From: Candidatus Bathyarchaeia archaeon | GTDB lineage: Archaea > Thermoproteota > Bathyarchaeia > Bathyarchaeales > Bathycorpusculaceae | Direction of reading: 5' to 3' | NCBI GenBank assembly: GCA_037481775.1 | Contig: JBBFKZ010000002.1 | Location: 1-64,000, forward strand | DNA: 64,000 bases | Shown: positions 28,310-38,800 of the stretch, piece after piece | How positions within the stretch are numbered: position 1 is the stretch's first letter | How the letters are laid out: the number at the start of each line of letters is the position of its first letter | The notes under the pieces: model-generated | Databases searched by the model: none | Told to the model about the DNA's origin: nothing | Seen by the model: the letters and a program-made list of their open reading frames with translations, nothing else | Position numbers and translations under genes: made by a program

Positions 28310-30215
28310 AAGTTTCTAAAACCGCTGGGACAATGGTGGGTATGCCCACTTTATTGTTGAGATAATTAGCCAAATTGGAGATTTTCTGTTTTTCTCCGTG
28401 GCACACGAAAATTCTCTCAGGCTTTGGCTTGAGATGCGTCAGATAATTGACTAATTGCCGCCTATCAGAGTGCCCTGAAAAGCCTTCAATTGACTCAACC
28501 CGCATCTTAACCTGGACAACAGCCATTTTACCTTCATTATCCATCATGGTAACCTCGTTTACGCCTTTCTGCACGCGTCTGCCCAATGTGCCTTCGATCT
28601 GGTAACTCACAAAGATTATAGTATTCTTCTCGTCTGCAGCCCAGTTTTTGAAATACTCTATTACAGGTCCGCCTTCAAGCATGCCTGATGTTGCGAGAAC
28701 AATGCATGGCTCGCCTTCGATTATGCTTTGTCTAACGCTTGGGTGCTCTACGATGGTGAAATAATCCGACTGGAACGGGTTAACCTCCTCATGAAGAATG
28801 CTGTGGCGAACTTCCCTACCCAAGTACTCGGGATAAGCAGTGTGAATCGCCGTGGCTTCCGAAATCATGCCCTCAATAAACACTGGCGCCTCTTTCATTA
28901 ATCCCCGCTTCATGTAGCCGTCAATGATAAGCATTATCTCTTGTGCTCTGCCCACCGCAGGCACGGGAATGAGCACTTTGCCTTTACGCTCCAAGGTTTC
29001 ATTTATAACACGTGTCAATCGTTCTTCAGCTTCAACTCTGGAGGGCATGAAGTCTTCGTGCCCGCCGTAAGTGCTTTCGGTTATCACGGTTTCGATGCGC
29101 GGAAATTCAGCTGACGCTGCTTCCAGCAACATCGTCCTCGCGAATTTGTAATCGCTTGTGTATACAATATTATGTAAGCCTTCGCCAATATGCAAGTGCG
29201 CCATAGCGGCGCCAAGAATATGGCCCGAATTATGTAAAGTCAAACGGATATCAGGTGCTACATCAGTTACAACGCCGAATTTGAGCGGAATCGTGTGCAA
29301 AACGCATTCACGAACATCCTTTTGGTCATAGTGTGGTGTTATTCCCTGCTTGCTTGCTACATCCAAGTAGTCAAGCTGGAGCATCGTCATCAAATTGGAT
29401 GTCGGAGCAGAACAGTAGATTGGACCGTCATAACCGTACTTGTAGAGAAATGGGGCTAAACCGCAGTGGTCAAGATGCGCATGTGTTATAACAACAGCAT
29501 CCAACTGGTCGATTTGAAATTCTGGAGAATCAAAACGTGGAAACGCCTCAAACGGCCTCTGTGAACCTGGGTTGATGCCGCAGTCCAACAAGACACTGCT
29601 TTCTCTGGTTTTAATAAGGAAAGCTGAGCGACCCACTTCTTGAGCGCCTCCGAGGACTGTTAATCTGATATCGCCTACGTCGTAGGCTTTCGGACGGAAG
29701 ATTCTTTCGCCTACATTGCGAAGTATTCTTTCGCGTTCTTTGCTTTCTGAGTGAAGATAGTGGCGCATGTGTGTGACAATCTTGGATTTTATCGGAGGGC
29801 TTCTCAATACATGAGGTCGCCACTTAGTTTTCTTTATGATTTCTTGGAGAACCGCGCCGTTTCTGCCTATAACTAAGCCTGGCTTTTTCGTTTCTATTAT
29901 TATCTCACCGAGGCTTGGATCAAAATTTATATCTGTTATCTCCGCCTCAGGTGCTATCAGTTCCCGCGTTATCTTTTCTGCTTCTGCTTCGGGAAGTCTC
30001 ACTGAAGGATCAGAGCGGACAACTATTCTTTTTCGAATTACACTGACGATTTCCGCCACTATATTGCTTTGGTCAACCAATACTTCCGGCTTTTTAGTGT
30101 AGACGGAAAGCGCTGGGCCCTCATACTCTATCCTAGTAACTTCAGCTTCTCTTGGGACGTGCTCAAGTATATAGTGGCTTATTTCTAGCTTGTCTTTATC
30201 AGAGTTTCTTGCCAC
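28296..30215 (-). CDS. fttA: Beta-CASP ribonuclease aCPSF1 (transcription termination factor FttA)
   Basis: N-terminal KH domains; GGAQEVGRS, THAHLDH, ESTYG and FSGHSD motifs; conserved synteny with psmB. Confidence 0.96.
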   Translation of the reverse strand: MARNSDKDKLEISHYILEHVPREAEVTRIEYEGPALSVYTKKPEVLVDQSNIVAEIVSVIRKRIVVRSDPSVRLPEAEAEKITRELIAPEAEITDINFDPSLGEIIIETKKPGLVIGRNGAVLQEIIKKTKWRPHVLRSPPIKSKIVTHMRHYLHSESKERERILRNVGERIFRPKAYDVGDIRLTVLGGAQEVGRSAFLIKTRESSVLLDCGINPGSQRPFEAFPRFDSPEFQIDQLDAVVITHAHLDHCGLAPFLYKYGYDGPIYCSAPTSNLMTMLQLDYLDVASKQGITPHYDQKDVRECVLHTIPLKFGVVTDVAPDIRLTLHNSGHILGAAMAHLHIGEGLHNIVYTSDYKFARTMLLEAASAEFPRIETVITESTYGGHEDFMPSRVEAEERLTRVINETLERKGKVLIPVPAVGRAQEIMLIIDGYMKRGLMKEAPVFIEGMISEATAIHTAYPEYLGREVRHSILHEEVNPFQSDYFTIVEHPSVRQSIIEGEPCIVLATSGMLEGGPVIEYFKNWAADEKNTIIFVSYQIEGTLGRRVQKGVNEVTMMDNEGKMAVVQVKMRVESIEGFSGHSDRRQLVNYLTHLKPKPERIFVCHGEKQKISNLANYLNNKVGIPTIVPAVLETFRLL

Positions 30216-30229
30216 GATTCTTTACTTCC

Positions 30230-30868
30230 TCAATTTGACAGAAGTTTGCGCTTCTCTTCGTCTGTCAACTCGCGATAACCATTCTTGTCTATTATCGTGA
30301 CATTGTAGCTGTTGCCGCTTGCAACATCCCGTTTCATAGCAGCGTTAACAGCCTTCACAACCGTCGGCAGTAACTCATTGACCGACATGTCCTCTCGATA
30401 ATTATCTTCTAGTACGCCATAGGCTATGGGCGAACCTGAACCAGTTGAAACCATTTTTTCCTCCATCAAGCTGCCAAATGGGTCCAAATTAAATATGTGC
30501 GGGCCAGTGTCATCTATGCCGCCAACCAAGACTTGTGTTGCCAGCGGTACGTATCTTGCGGAAAATAGCAGGTTTGCGGTAAGTCTTGCCGCGGCGCTCA
30601 CGGGCATGGGTCGATTCATGTTGATTTTGTAAAGTTGCGCATTAGCGATAAGTATATCGACAACCCGTTGTGCGTCGGCAACTGTTCCTGCTATGGTCAT
30701 GCCTAAGTGGTCGTCTATTTTGTAGACCTTCTTTCCGAATTTATGCGCTATATAGAAGCCCATGGTTACACGCGTGTCTGAGGCTAATATAACGCCGTCT
30801 TTGCAGACGACTCCCAGCGTGGTTGTTCCTTTCAGGACTAATTGACTAGCTGCGTTGTTCTGCGCCAT
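30230..30868 (-). CDS. psmB: Proteasome subunit beta
   Basis: Propeptide then GTTTLG; GTVADAQ and STGSGS motifs. Confidence 0.96.
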   Translation of the reverse strand: MAQNNAASQLVLKGTTTLGVVCKDGVILASDTRVTMGFYIAHKFGKKVYKIDDHLGMTIAGTVADAQRVVDILIANAQLYKINMNRPMPVSAAARLTANLLFSARYVPLATQVLVGGIDDTGPHIFNLDPFGSLMEEKMVSTGSGSPIAYGVLEDNYREDMSVNELLPTVVKAVNAAMKRDVASGNSYNVTIIDKNGYRELTDEEKRKLLSN

Positions 30869-31028
30869 TGCTCTTTTGCTCTCTCCTTAAAACCGGATTA
30901 TCTATAATTTCTACTGTTAGGAAGTAAACACATGTAATCTTTCTGTGATGTTTATTAATGTTGCGCTTGCTGGATAAGTCTCTTCCATATGACTTTTTGC
31001 TTCTTTTATTCTCTGCGTGAGGAAGAGC

Positions 31029-31922
31029 CTAGTATAGCTTAGCCCACTCGTCCACTATTCGTGTCATTTCAGCGAACCCGTGTTTGCTAAGCCACTCGCG
31101 GAAGTCACTGTTATTCACGGCGTATCTGCAGATTTGCCTTGCGTTTTCGGCGTCATGAACAAGCATGAGTGTGCCCATCAAGTTGTGCCTACTTAGATAA
31201 GCTACCGTCTTCAGCAAAGCGTCTGCTTTTTCGTCATTCAGCATTTCTGCGCTGACTTCTACAACAACCGGCTTCTTCAGAATTTTGACGAAATCCCTTG
31301 CTAGCAAGTCTACCCAGTAATTTGTCAAGTAATCCCGAGACGATAATGGTACATGGAAGTAATCTACCAATTCCGCTATGCGCTCGAAGTCTATTCCAAA
31401 CCTTTCTTTAGCAAGCACCGGGTCAGGGAACATTTCCACCGCGAAGGTGCCTTTAACCAAGCTTTTTGCCTTCTTAAGGAAACCAGTTATTTCCTGTGCT
31501 CGCCATTCTGTCCAGTTTAGTCCACTCTTTCGCCAAAGCTCAACGCATCGGGGGCAAACACAAAACTCTTCTTCTGGAAAATGATAAAGATTCAGCGTCA
31601 CTCCTTCGATGTTTTCTCTGCCGAGCTCTTCGATGTAACGCAGAATTTTTGCGCGGTATTCAGGATTTGTGGGACAAACGAAATCAAAAGGCAAGTTGAG
31701 CTTCCTATTCTTCCTTAAAGCTGGTCCATTGCTTGAAACTGCCACTGTGCTTGGGTCTTCTCGTATGGCTTCAGCGTCACAGAAGCATGTAACGTCATTC
31801 TGCATCTCTTTTGCAGCTGGAAAAACTGAGCCGTCAGCACGTTTCGAATAGTAAACATGCATGTCAAAGCCTTCAACTTTTTCCGGAGTATACGTGACCA
31901 ATCCTATTTTCATGCTTGTCAA
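31029..31922 (-). CDS. Unknown Cys-motif protein, glycoside-hydrolase-like TIM barrel (paralog 1)
   Basis: VCPTNPEYR, HFPEEEFCVCPRC and WTEWR motifs; aligns end to end with 33013-33912. Confidence 0.8.
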   Translation of the reverse strand: MTSMKIGLVTYTPEKVEGFDMHVYYSKRADGSVFPAAKEMQNDVTCFCDAEAIREDPSTVAVSSNGPALRKNRKLNLPFDFVCPTNPEYRAKILRYIEELGRENIEGVTLNLYHFPEEEFCVCPRCVELWRKSGLNWTEWRAQEITGFLKKAKSLVKGTFAVEMFPDPVLAKERFGIDFERIAELVDYFHVPLSSRDYLTNYWVDLLARDFVKILKKPVVVEVSAEMLNDEKADALLKTVAYLSRHNLMGTLMLVHDAENARQICRYAVNNSDFREWLSKHGFAEMTRIVDEWAKLY

Positions 31923-31975
31923 CTCTTAGCGCGCAACAGATATATTCAAGCGACTTATTTAATTGTTGACTCAAT

Positions 31976-32191
31976 ATGGGTAAACACAATCCAATAGTCG
32001 TTGACTACGCTAAATGTTCTCCATGCTCTGCGCTTATCTGCATTGGTGTTTGCCCATTAGGTGTTTTAGAAAAAGGCACAGACGGAAAACCAACAATAAC
32101 CGATGAGGCATACTGCAACCGATGCGGCGTCTGTGCGAGTCTGTGTCCTACACAAGCAATTACAATAACTCAAAATAGCAAAAGCAAATGA
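31976..32191 (+). CDS. Ferredoxin (4Fe-4S dicluster)
   Basis: CSPCSALICIGVCP and CNRCGVCASLCP motifs. Confidence 0.88.
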   Translation: MGKHNPIVVDYAKCSPCSALICIGVCPLGVLEKGTDGKPTITDEAYCNRCGVCASLCPTQAITITQNSKSK

Positions 32192-32194
32192 TGG

Positions 32195-32920
32195 GTGGAT
32201 GATTTTACGCAGCAAATCGAGCTCTTAGGCAACTGTGGAAAACTTGTTTTAAAAGATAACGTATTAGCCATATTATCCAACGTGGAACTAAGCACAGTAA
32301 GCTCCGCCATATACAATGGCGGCTTCAAAAAAGCAAAAGCAATACTTAATGTGCAAGCAACTGAAGAATACAGCGATAGGCAACTGCACGCTGACCCGCA
32401 GAAATTTATCTTGGAATCCGCCAAAAAGCTTGGGCTCCACGACAACTTTGTGGGGATGGTTACCGCCGCAGCAGTTGACAAGTTTGCTTTAGCTTCAAAG
32501 AAAGACGGAGAACTTGCAGTAAGCGTGGTTGCTACCGCTGTAGATCCAAAAGGTGAAACTTGTTCCCATGCTGAAACTGCAGGCGAACCCATAGAAGTCG
32601 AGGAGATAATTGGAACAATAAACATCATGGTAATGATAGATGGCAATCCTACTGAAAGCTGCCTCGTAAGCACCATAATCACCGCAACCGAGGCAAAATC
32701 AGCAGCAATGTGGGAACTGGGCATCAGAAGCAGATACTCCGGCGATTTAGCCACTGGAACCATAACGGATGCCGTAATTGTCGCTAAGACAGGCCGTGGC
32801 GCGCCAATAGTTTATGGAGGGCCGGCGTCAAAACTTGGCCAGCTTGTCGGATACTGCACACGAAAAGCCGTAAAAGAGACCTTGATGAAAGCCAACAAAT
32901 ATTGCAATAAAAAATGTTAA
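32195..32920 (+). CDS. cbiZ: Adenosylcobinamide amidohydrolase (CbiZ family)
   Basis: SSAIYNGG, GMVTAA, GTINI, TATEAK, ATGTITDA and YGGPASKLG motifs. Confidence 0.85.
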   Translation: MDDFTQQIELLGNCGKLVLKDNVLAILSNVELSTVSSAIYNGGFKKAKAILNVQATEEYSDRQLHADPQKFILESAKKLGLHDNFVGMVTAAAVDKFALASKKDGELAVSVVATAVDPKGETCSHAETAGEPIEVEEIIGTINIMVMIDGNPTESCLVSTIITATEAKSAAMWELGIRSRYSGDLATGTITDAVIVAKTGRGAPIVYGGPASKLGQLVGYCTRKAVKETLMKANKYCNKKC

Positions 32921-33012
32921 TAGTGCTTGTTGCGTGGAAAACTGAAAACCTTAAATAATTTGCAAGTTATTCCGTCTACAAAAATCATTAATGGTAATGG
33001 TGTGAGAATCAA

Positions 33013-33912
33013 TTGAAGTTTGCAACCTTTCTTTATCAACCGGAACCTGCTGAAGGTTTCGACATGAACTTTTACCGCATAAAACCAGAATCAGGAACAG
33101 TGGGCAAGCCGAATCCTCAGATGTACACTAACATCGCAGTGTTCGGAGACAACGCAATGGCGGCGAAACATCCAGAATGGATTTCCTTAAGCGCCGATGG
33201 CCCCGCGTTCCGTTCAAATAAAAAGTTCAATCTGCGCTGGGATGTCCTATGCATGACGAATCCTGAAGTTCGCGAGTACAACCTAAAACTAATCGAGGAA
33301 TGCGCAAGGCAAACGCCGGGCATAAGCATCAGCAGCCAGCACTTTGCGGAACACGCCTTCTGCACTTGCCCACGCTGTGTAGAGCTATGGCGAAAAAGCA
33401 AGCTGAATTGGATTGATTGGCGAGCTAAAACCGTGATCGAGTTTTTAGCTGAGGTTCGCGAACGCGTAGTTGGCAAGCCTCTGTTCGTGAATTGCCTACC
33501 AGACCCAGTTCTGGGCAAGGTGCGGTTTGGCTACGACTTTGACGCTATGGCTGAATACGCCGACTACTTTGTTGTTCCAATGTTCTCAAAGGCTTATCCA
33601 ACACCCTGGTACTGGGAGACATTGGCTAGAGCGTTTAAGAGCATCTTGAAGAAACCCGTGTTCGTAAACTTCTACGTGCGTGGTCCCGGTGAAACATGGG
33701 AAACAGTGGCGCCGCATAGGCAGATAATGACTGTGGCGACTCGCGCAGCGAGAACAGGCATCGATGGTATAATCTTTCTAGCTGAAAAGGCACAGTGGAT
33801 ACGGGAGTTCCAGAAGAAAGTGGTTGAGGACAAGGAATGGCGGAAAGAGCTCGAGGGCTACGGCGGCGACGACGTGCTGGAACTCTTTAACCGCTGGGAA
33901 AAACTTTTCTAA
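33013..33912 (+). CDS. Unknown Cys-motif protein, glycoside-hydrolase-like TIM barrel (paralog 2)
   Basis: LCMTNPEVR, HFAEHAFCTCPRC and WIDWR motifs; paralog of 31029-31922. Confidence 0.8.
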   Translation: MKFATFLYQPEPAEGFDMNFYRIKPESGTVGKPNPQMYTNIAVFGDNAMAAKHPEWISLSADGPAFRSNKKFNLRWDVLCMTNPEVREYNLKLIEECARQTPGISISSQHFAEHAFCTCPRCVELWRKSKLNWIDWRAKTVIEFLAEVRERVVGKPLFVNCLPDPVLGKVRFGYDFDAMAEYADYFVVPMFSKAYPTPWYWETLARAFKSILKKPVFVNFYVRGPGETWETVAPHRQIMTVATRAARTGIDGIIFLAEKAQWIREFQKKVVEDKEWRKELEGYGGDDVLELFNRWEKLF

Positions 33913-34019
33913 CCCTCTTCTATTCCCTTAGTCACGCTTTCTGTGAGCACTAGTCAAATCTGCATTCAAAATTTTCCAGCTTTGTCAAGCCGCCGATTTT
34001 AAGCGGGGTTAAACGCGGC

Positions 34020-35405
34020 TCAGCCGATGCCAAGTTTCAATTTCATGTATCCTACTAGATTCACTAATACCGTTATAGCCGTTGACGGTTTGAATCTTCT
34101 TTGCTTGTCTAGGAAGTAAGCAGGTCTCAGATAGAAGTGATGAAAGGCTTGTAAGCGTAAATTCCTAAGATCTTTCATGCTTAACCATGGTGTTTCAAAA
34201 ATAGGTGTAGCCGTGTCATACTTGTCGAAGTCAGTAACTTTCAGCCAGCCTTTCTCTTTGACCAAATCATACAGGGGCGTCCCAGGGAAGGGTGTAGCTA
34301 TATTGTAGAAGCCCATTGCGTCTGGACTTATTTTCTCCACGAATTTTATGGTTTCCCACGCTGTCTTTTTGGTTTCTCCTGGAAAGCCCAAGATTACGTT
34401 GGGCACAGGCTTTAATCCAAGTTCACGAACCCAGCCTAAAACTTTGATTGTCTGCTCTGTGGAGATTCCCTTTTTCATGGCGTCGAGAACATGTTGGGAG
34501 CCGGATTCCACGCCGAACCATACGGAGATGCAGCCTGCCTCCTTCATTTTTGCAAGTAACTCTTTCGTGATCATGTCAACACGGGTTCCGCAGTTCCATT
34601 GAATCTTCAGTTTGCGGTTTATTATCTCTCGGCATAATGCTTCGGTTCTGGCCTGATCCACGGTGAAGGCGTCATCGCAGAACGTGAACTTGCTTACACC
34701 GTAAGTTTTGTTAAGAAACTCTAGCTCGTCAACAATGTTTTTTGGGCTGCGCATTCTGAATTTGCGGCCGTGCATCCTTACAGTCGCGCAGAACTCGCAC
34801 CAGAAAGTGCAGCCGCGGCTCGCCGCCAAATAAAGCACGTCTTCGTATTCGCGCAGCCGCTCCATTGGCCATAGATGCCGCGCTGGGAAAGGCAGCGAAT
34901 CTAAATCTTCTATGTAGGGTCTGTCTGACGTTCGCACTATTTGCCCGTTTTTTCGATAAGTTATGCCCAGCACGCCATCGAAGCTTTTGCCTGCTTCTAC
35001 ACGCTGCGCCAGCTCCAGCAGGGTTATTTCGCCTTCTCTCCTTACAATAACGTCCAGCTCTGGGCATTCCTGCAGTGCCTTGTCATCCCAAAAGGTTACG
35101 TGTGGACCACCCATGATAGTTATGCAGTTTGGATGAACTTCCTTGGCTATCTTTGCCATCTGCAGCCCAGACTTGTACGTAAGCGTTGTCGACGTGATGC
35201 CTACGATACTGGGATTTCGCTTTGCTATCTCGCTTCTGAATCCATCCGCTGAAAGCTTAAGCACTTGGCAGTCAATCACATCTACTTCGTACTGGTTTTT
35301 TTCTAAAATGGCGGCCAAGTAGCCTAAGCCTAAAAGGGCGAAAGGTAAATGTCCAGTGGATCCGCTGGGTGCAGGCGGATTCACAAGGGTTACATGCATC
35401 TTCAT
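34020..35405 (-). CDS. Cobalamin-binding radical SAM protein (class B-like)
   Basis: LVNPP, LGLGYLAA, GGPH, EGE, SRGCTFWCEFC, FGVESG and TPFPGT motifs. Probable ATG at 35405. Confidence 0.92.
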   Translation of the reverse strand: MKMHVTLVNPPAPSGSTGHLPFALLGLGYLAAILEKNQYEVDVIDCQVLKLSADGFRSEIAKRNPSIVGITSTTLTYKSGLQMAKIAKEVHPNCITIMGGPHVTFWDDKALQECPELDVIVRREGEITLLELAQRVEAGKSFDGVLGITYRKNGQIVRTSDRPYIEDLDSLPFPARHLWPMERLREYEDVLYLAASRGCTFWCEFCATVRMHGRKFRMRSPKNIVDELEFLNKTYGVSKFTFCDDAFTVDQARTEALCREIINRKLKIQWNCGTRVDMITKELLAKMKEAGCISVWFGVESGSQHVLDAMKKGISTEQTIKVLGWVRELGLKPVPNVILGFPGETKKTAWETIKFVEKISPDAMGFYNIATPFPGTPLYDLVKEKGWLKVTDFDKYDTATPIFETPWLSMKDLRNLRLQAFHHFYLRPAYFLDKQRRFKPSTAITVLVNLVGYMKLKLGIG

Positions 35406-35623
35406 CTTCTCTTCACTAACTGCGATTCTTTGCAGAATACAAGATGCTGAAAGCTTAAATGTTTCGCCTACATCCAGTGCACAAAGATTACCGGCAGAAA
35501 GCCATTGCCAAAAACTTGACAGAACGTAGCGAGCCAGATAACCCATTTCTTGATGCTTTAGCCGTTAAAGCCTCGCCTATCGCTTTTTATTGGCTGTTTT
35601 CTAAATAACAGAAGCTTTAATAA

Positions 35624-36370
35624 TTGTCCTATTCTCTAACATTTTCTCGCATTGAGTGTGATTTAGTGAAGCTTGTTGTCAACTGGAGCGGGGGCAAAGA
35701 ATGCTGCTTGGCGCTTCATAAAGTTATTAAGCAAGGTCATGAGGTTGCTTATCTTCTTTCTTACATTTACAAGGAGCCATATATTTTCCACAGTGTTCCA
35801 TTAATGGAGTTGCAGTCTAAAACTTTAGGTATCCCACACTTGAAGGTTAAGATTAAACGGTCATATGAGGATATTCTCGCGACGCTTTCGCGGCTTAAAA
35901 AAGAGGAAGACGTGGAAGGCTTTGTTACAGGCGATATTGTAGGTGCTGGCTGCGCGCAAGTTCATCAAACTTACTATGACGCCATGTGCGAGCAGTTGGG
36001 CATGAAGTTGCTTATGCCCAATGAGAATCCAGCTAGAAACACTTACGAAGTGTTAACCGAAGAAATTGCTGCAGGAATAATGCCCCTAATGAACTGTATT
36101 AATCTGGATCATTTTGGCGAGGAGTGGTTGGGGCGCGTGCTTGATGAGTATGCTATTAAAGATTTGAAGACTCTCGCTGACAAGCAGGGAATAGACGTTT
36201 GCAGCGAAGATGGCAGAGGCTTCCACACTATGGTTCTCGATGCACCGCTTTTTAAAGAGCGCCTAGAAATTGGCAAATTCAAAAAGAAGAAGTATAAGGA
36301 AAAGTCGAAGAACTGGAAAAGAAATTGGCTTTACATGGATATTAAAGAGGCATTTTTGAAACCCAAATAG
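35624..36370 (+). CDS. Dph6/diphthamide-synthase-like PP-loop ATPase (divergent)
   Basis: WSGGKEC (PP-loop variant), VTGDI, WLGR, DVCSEDGRGFHTMVLDAPLFK. Start is probably GTG 35666. Confidence 0.78.
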   Translation: MSYSLTFSRIECDLVKLVVNWSGGKECCLALHKVIKQGHEVAYLLSYIYKEPYIFHSVPLMELQSKTLGIPHLKVKIKRSYEDILATLSRLKKEEDVEGFVTGDIVGAGCAQVHQTYYDAMCEQLGMKLLMPNENPARNTYEVLTEEIAAGIMPLMNCINLDHFGEEWLGRVLDEYAIKDLKTLADKQGIDVCSEDGRGFHTMVLDAPLFKERLEIGKFKKKKYKEKSKNWKRNWLYMDIKEAFLKPK

Positions 36371-36731
36371 AACGCCTTCCCGCTAATTTTTCAAATTTAA
36401 CACATAGAAAATCTTGCTTTTCACGAGGTTTGCTGGGGCTTTGGAACCCAAACTAAAGGAGAATAGAGAATTGCAATCTGCTGCAGTTGAATTTAAATCC
36501 AAAGCCCTTTCAGCCTCTCTCTTTGTATCTTCGCCTTTTCTGCCATCGCGGCTTGCCTGTGCTTATGTTTTAAGCTTATTATTTGGATAATCCATCCTAC
36601 TATATAAACTTTAAGTTAATAAAATTAATACTGTGTTGAATAACCATATAGAAGACACTATTCTACATAATAAAAGTGTGCTTCTATCTCCAATGCTGTT
36701 TGAGGATATGAAGGTTTCTATAGAAAAGGTA

Positions 36732-38291
36732 TCATTTAATTTTCGAGTAGACAATTTTGCCGCCTATAATAGTCATTTCCACGTTGATGTCTGCAATTTC
36801 AGTTGGCTGAATCTTCCTTGGATCATGCGAGAGAACTATAAGATCCGCTAATTTGCCCGTTTCAATTGAGCCCTTAAGATTTTCTTCGCATGCCGAGTAT
36901 GCCGCGTCAATCGTGTACATGCGTAAAGCTTCATCAACCGTTACCTGCTCTTCGGGGAAAACCTCTCTTGCCACCGCGGCTTGAATGCCCATCAAAGGGT
37001 TCAATGGTTCCATGGGACAATCTGAGCCGCCGATAACGCGTACTCCATTTTTGAGAAGCGTCTTAAGCGGATACAGCCACTTTGCCCGCTCAATGCCCAA
37101 GTGTTTAATGGCGGACCATACTGAAAATTCGGAGGCAATGACGAGCGGCTGCACGGAAATGATGACTTCCTGATTTTTAATGCGGTTAACTAACTCTTCG
37201 TTAAGCAATGCTGCGTGCTCAATGCGGATTCGCCTGAGTTTTCGCGGCGTTTCCTTCGAAATTTGTTCAATTGCCGCTAAAGCCGCATCTACGGCCCTGT
37301 CGCCCATTGCATGTATAACCAGTTGAAGACCCATTTTGAGAATTTCAGATGCAGCTGCCTTCATTTCTTCCACTGTGCAGAGCAGCTTTCCGTTTGATCC
37401 GAAGCTATCATTATACGGTTTAAATAGCGCGGCTGTTTTTGCTGCCAAATAGCCGTCTGCAGCAATCATTACGCCACCGACTTTTAATGCCAAGTTATCC
37501 GTCGATTTAAAATGTGCCATGTAATCTAATAGATTTACAGGAATTATGACATAAACCCGTAGTGGCAGCCTTTTTTGCTCGAGAAGCCTCTGCATTACGG
37601 AAAGCTCTGCGGCGGATAAGACTATCCAATGTACGCTGGTAACTCCTGCTTTCACTATTTTCTTGCACGCTAGTTCTGCGGCTTCTACAAGCTCCTCCTC
37701 ACTGGGCTCTGGAACTGCCTTCCACACGAGACTAGTGGCGCTTTCTCGCAAAATGCCTGTAAGCTCACCTGTTACTTCGTCCTTGTCAATAACGCCTCCA
37801 AATGGCGCGATTGTCCATTGTGTTATGGCTGCCGCTTCTAGTGCTTTGGTATTTACAACGCACATCTGCCCTAATTTGTGATAGAAAATTACGGGATTAT
37901 CTGGAGAGACAACATCGAGATCAAAGCGTGTGGGCAAGCGTTGCTCCACGAAGCGTGTTTGATCCCAGCCTCTACCTATTACCCATTTCCCTTTGGGCGT
38001 GTTCTCTACACGTTTTTTTAGGATAGTTTGCATTTCCTTGATGGATTTTATATCACTCAGTTCTACCCAAGTCAGGATTTTGCCAAAGTCGGCTACATGA
38101 ATGTGCGTATCTATGAAACCTGGAATAACCGTTTGTCCTTTCAAATAAATGACTTTTGTGTCTTTCCCAACAAGCTTGCTCATCTCCTCGTTTGAGCCTA
38201 CCTTGAGGATTCTGCCGTCTTTGATGGCAACAGCTTCCGCGTAAGGTTGAGCCGCATTCATAGTCAGAATATTTCCATCAATAAGCGCCAA
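36732..38291 (-). CDS. Amidohydrolase 3 (YtcJ-like)
   Basis: PGFIDTHIH, HAMGDRA, IEHA, GSDCP and GKLADL motifs. Confidence 0.9.
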   Translation of the reverse strand: MALIDGNILTMNAAQPYAEAVAIKDGRILKVGSNEEMSKLVGKDTKVIYLKGQTVIPGFIDTHIHVADFGKILTWVELSDIKSIKEMQTILKKRVENTPKGKWVIGRGWDQTRFVEQRLPTRFDLDVVSPDNPVIFYHKLGQMCVVNTKALEAAAITQWTIAPFGGVIDKDEVTGELTGILRESATSLVWKAVPEPSEEELVEAAELACKKIVKAGVTSVHWIVLSAAELSVMQRLLEQKRLPLRVYVIIPVNLLDYMAHFKSTDNLALKVGGVMIAADGYLAAKTAALFKPYNDSFGSNGKLLCTVEEMKAAASEILKMGLQLVIHAMGDRAVDAALAAIEQISKETPRKLRRIRIEHAALLNEELVNRIKNQEVIISVQPLVIASEFSVWSAIKHLGIERAKWLYPLKTLLKNGVRVIGGSDCPMEPLNPLMGIQAAVAREVFPEEQVTVDEALRMYTIDAAYSACEENLKGSIETGKLADLIVLSHDPRKIQPTEIADINVEMTIIGGKIVYSKIK

Positions 38292-38320
38292 ATCTGCGGA
38301 CGTTAAAGTATCCTCCCATG

Positions 38321-38800
38321 TTATTGCTTATGTTTTCGCCGAAGCGTTAAAATTTTTGCATAAAACATGGCTGCAAAAAGTTTAAGCATAACTGGCTCAT
38401 ACGCCAAGAGATAGGAAACTCGCAGAGTCATCATTTTTTTAGCCCTTCGAGTATAAGCGTACCCGATTAATGCTGCTGCCACCAGCGCTATTGCGATGGC
38501 TGCAATGTAAATGACCTTCAAGGGCAGTGCGCCTTTAGCTGCCTCTTTCACTTCTGTGTAATCAGCTTCGCTGTAAGCAGAAGCCTCGCGTCCTTTATCT
38601 GACTGCCACTTCGTCGCTATAATCCGTGATCCAGCCGTGTCTGGGGCATAAGTGAAGTTATACATGTCTTTCTTAGATGTTACCACATTCAGCTCACTTA
38701 CAACGCTGTCTGGCTCAACAATGTACACTTTTAAAGAGGCTTAAGATACGCAGGGGGAGAGGTACTTGCTGCACGCCACTGCTTCGTCCAATGTAGCTCG
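38321..38800 (-). pseudogene. Detached C-terminal Ig-like/TM anchor of the upstream PQQ-propeller gene
   Basis: In frame with 38801-41212 but separated by TAG (38801-38803) and TAA (38741-38743); retains FTYAPD, a TM helix and a basic tail. Confidence 0.6.
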
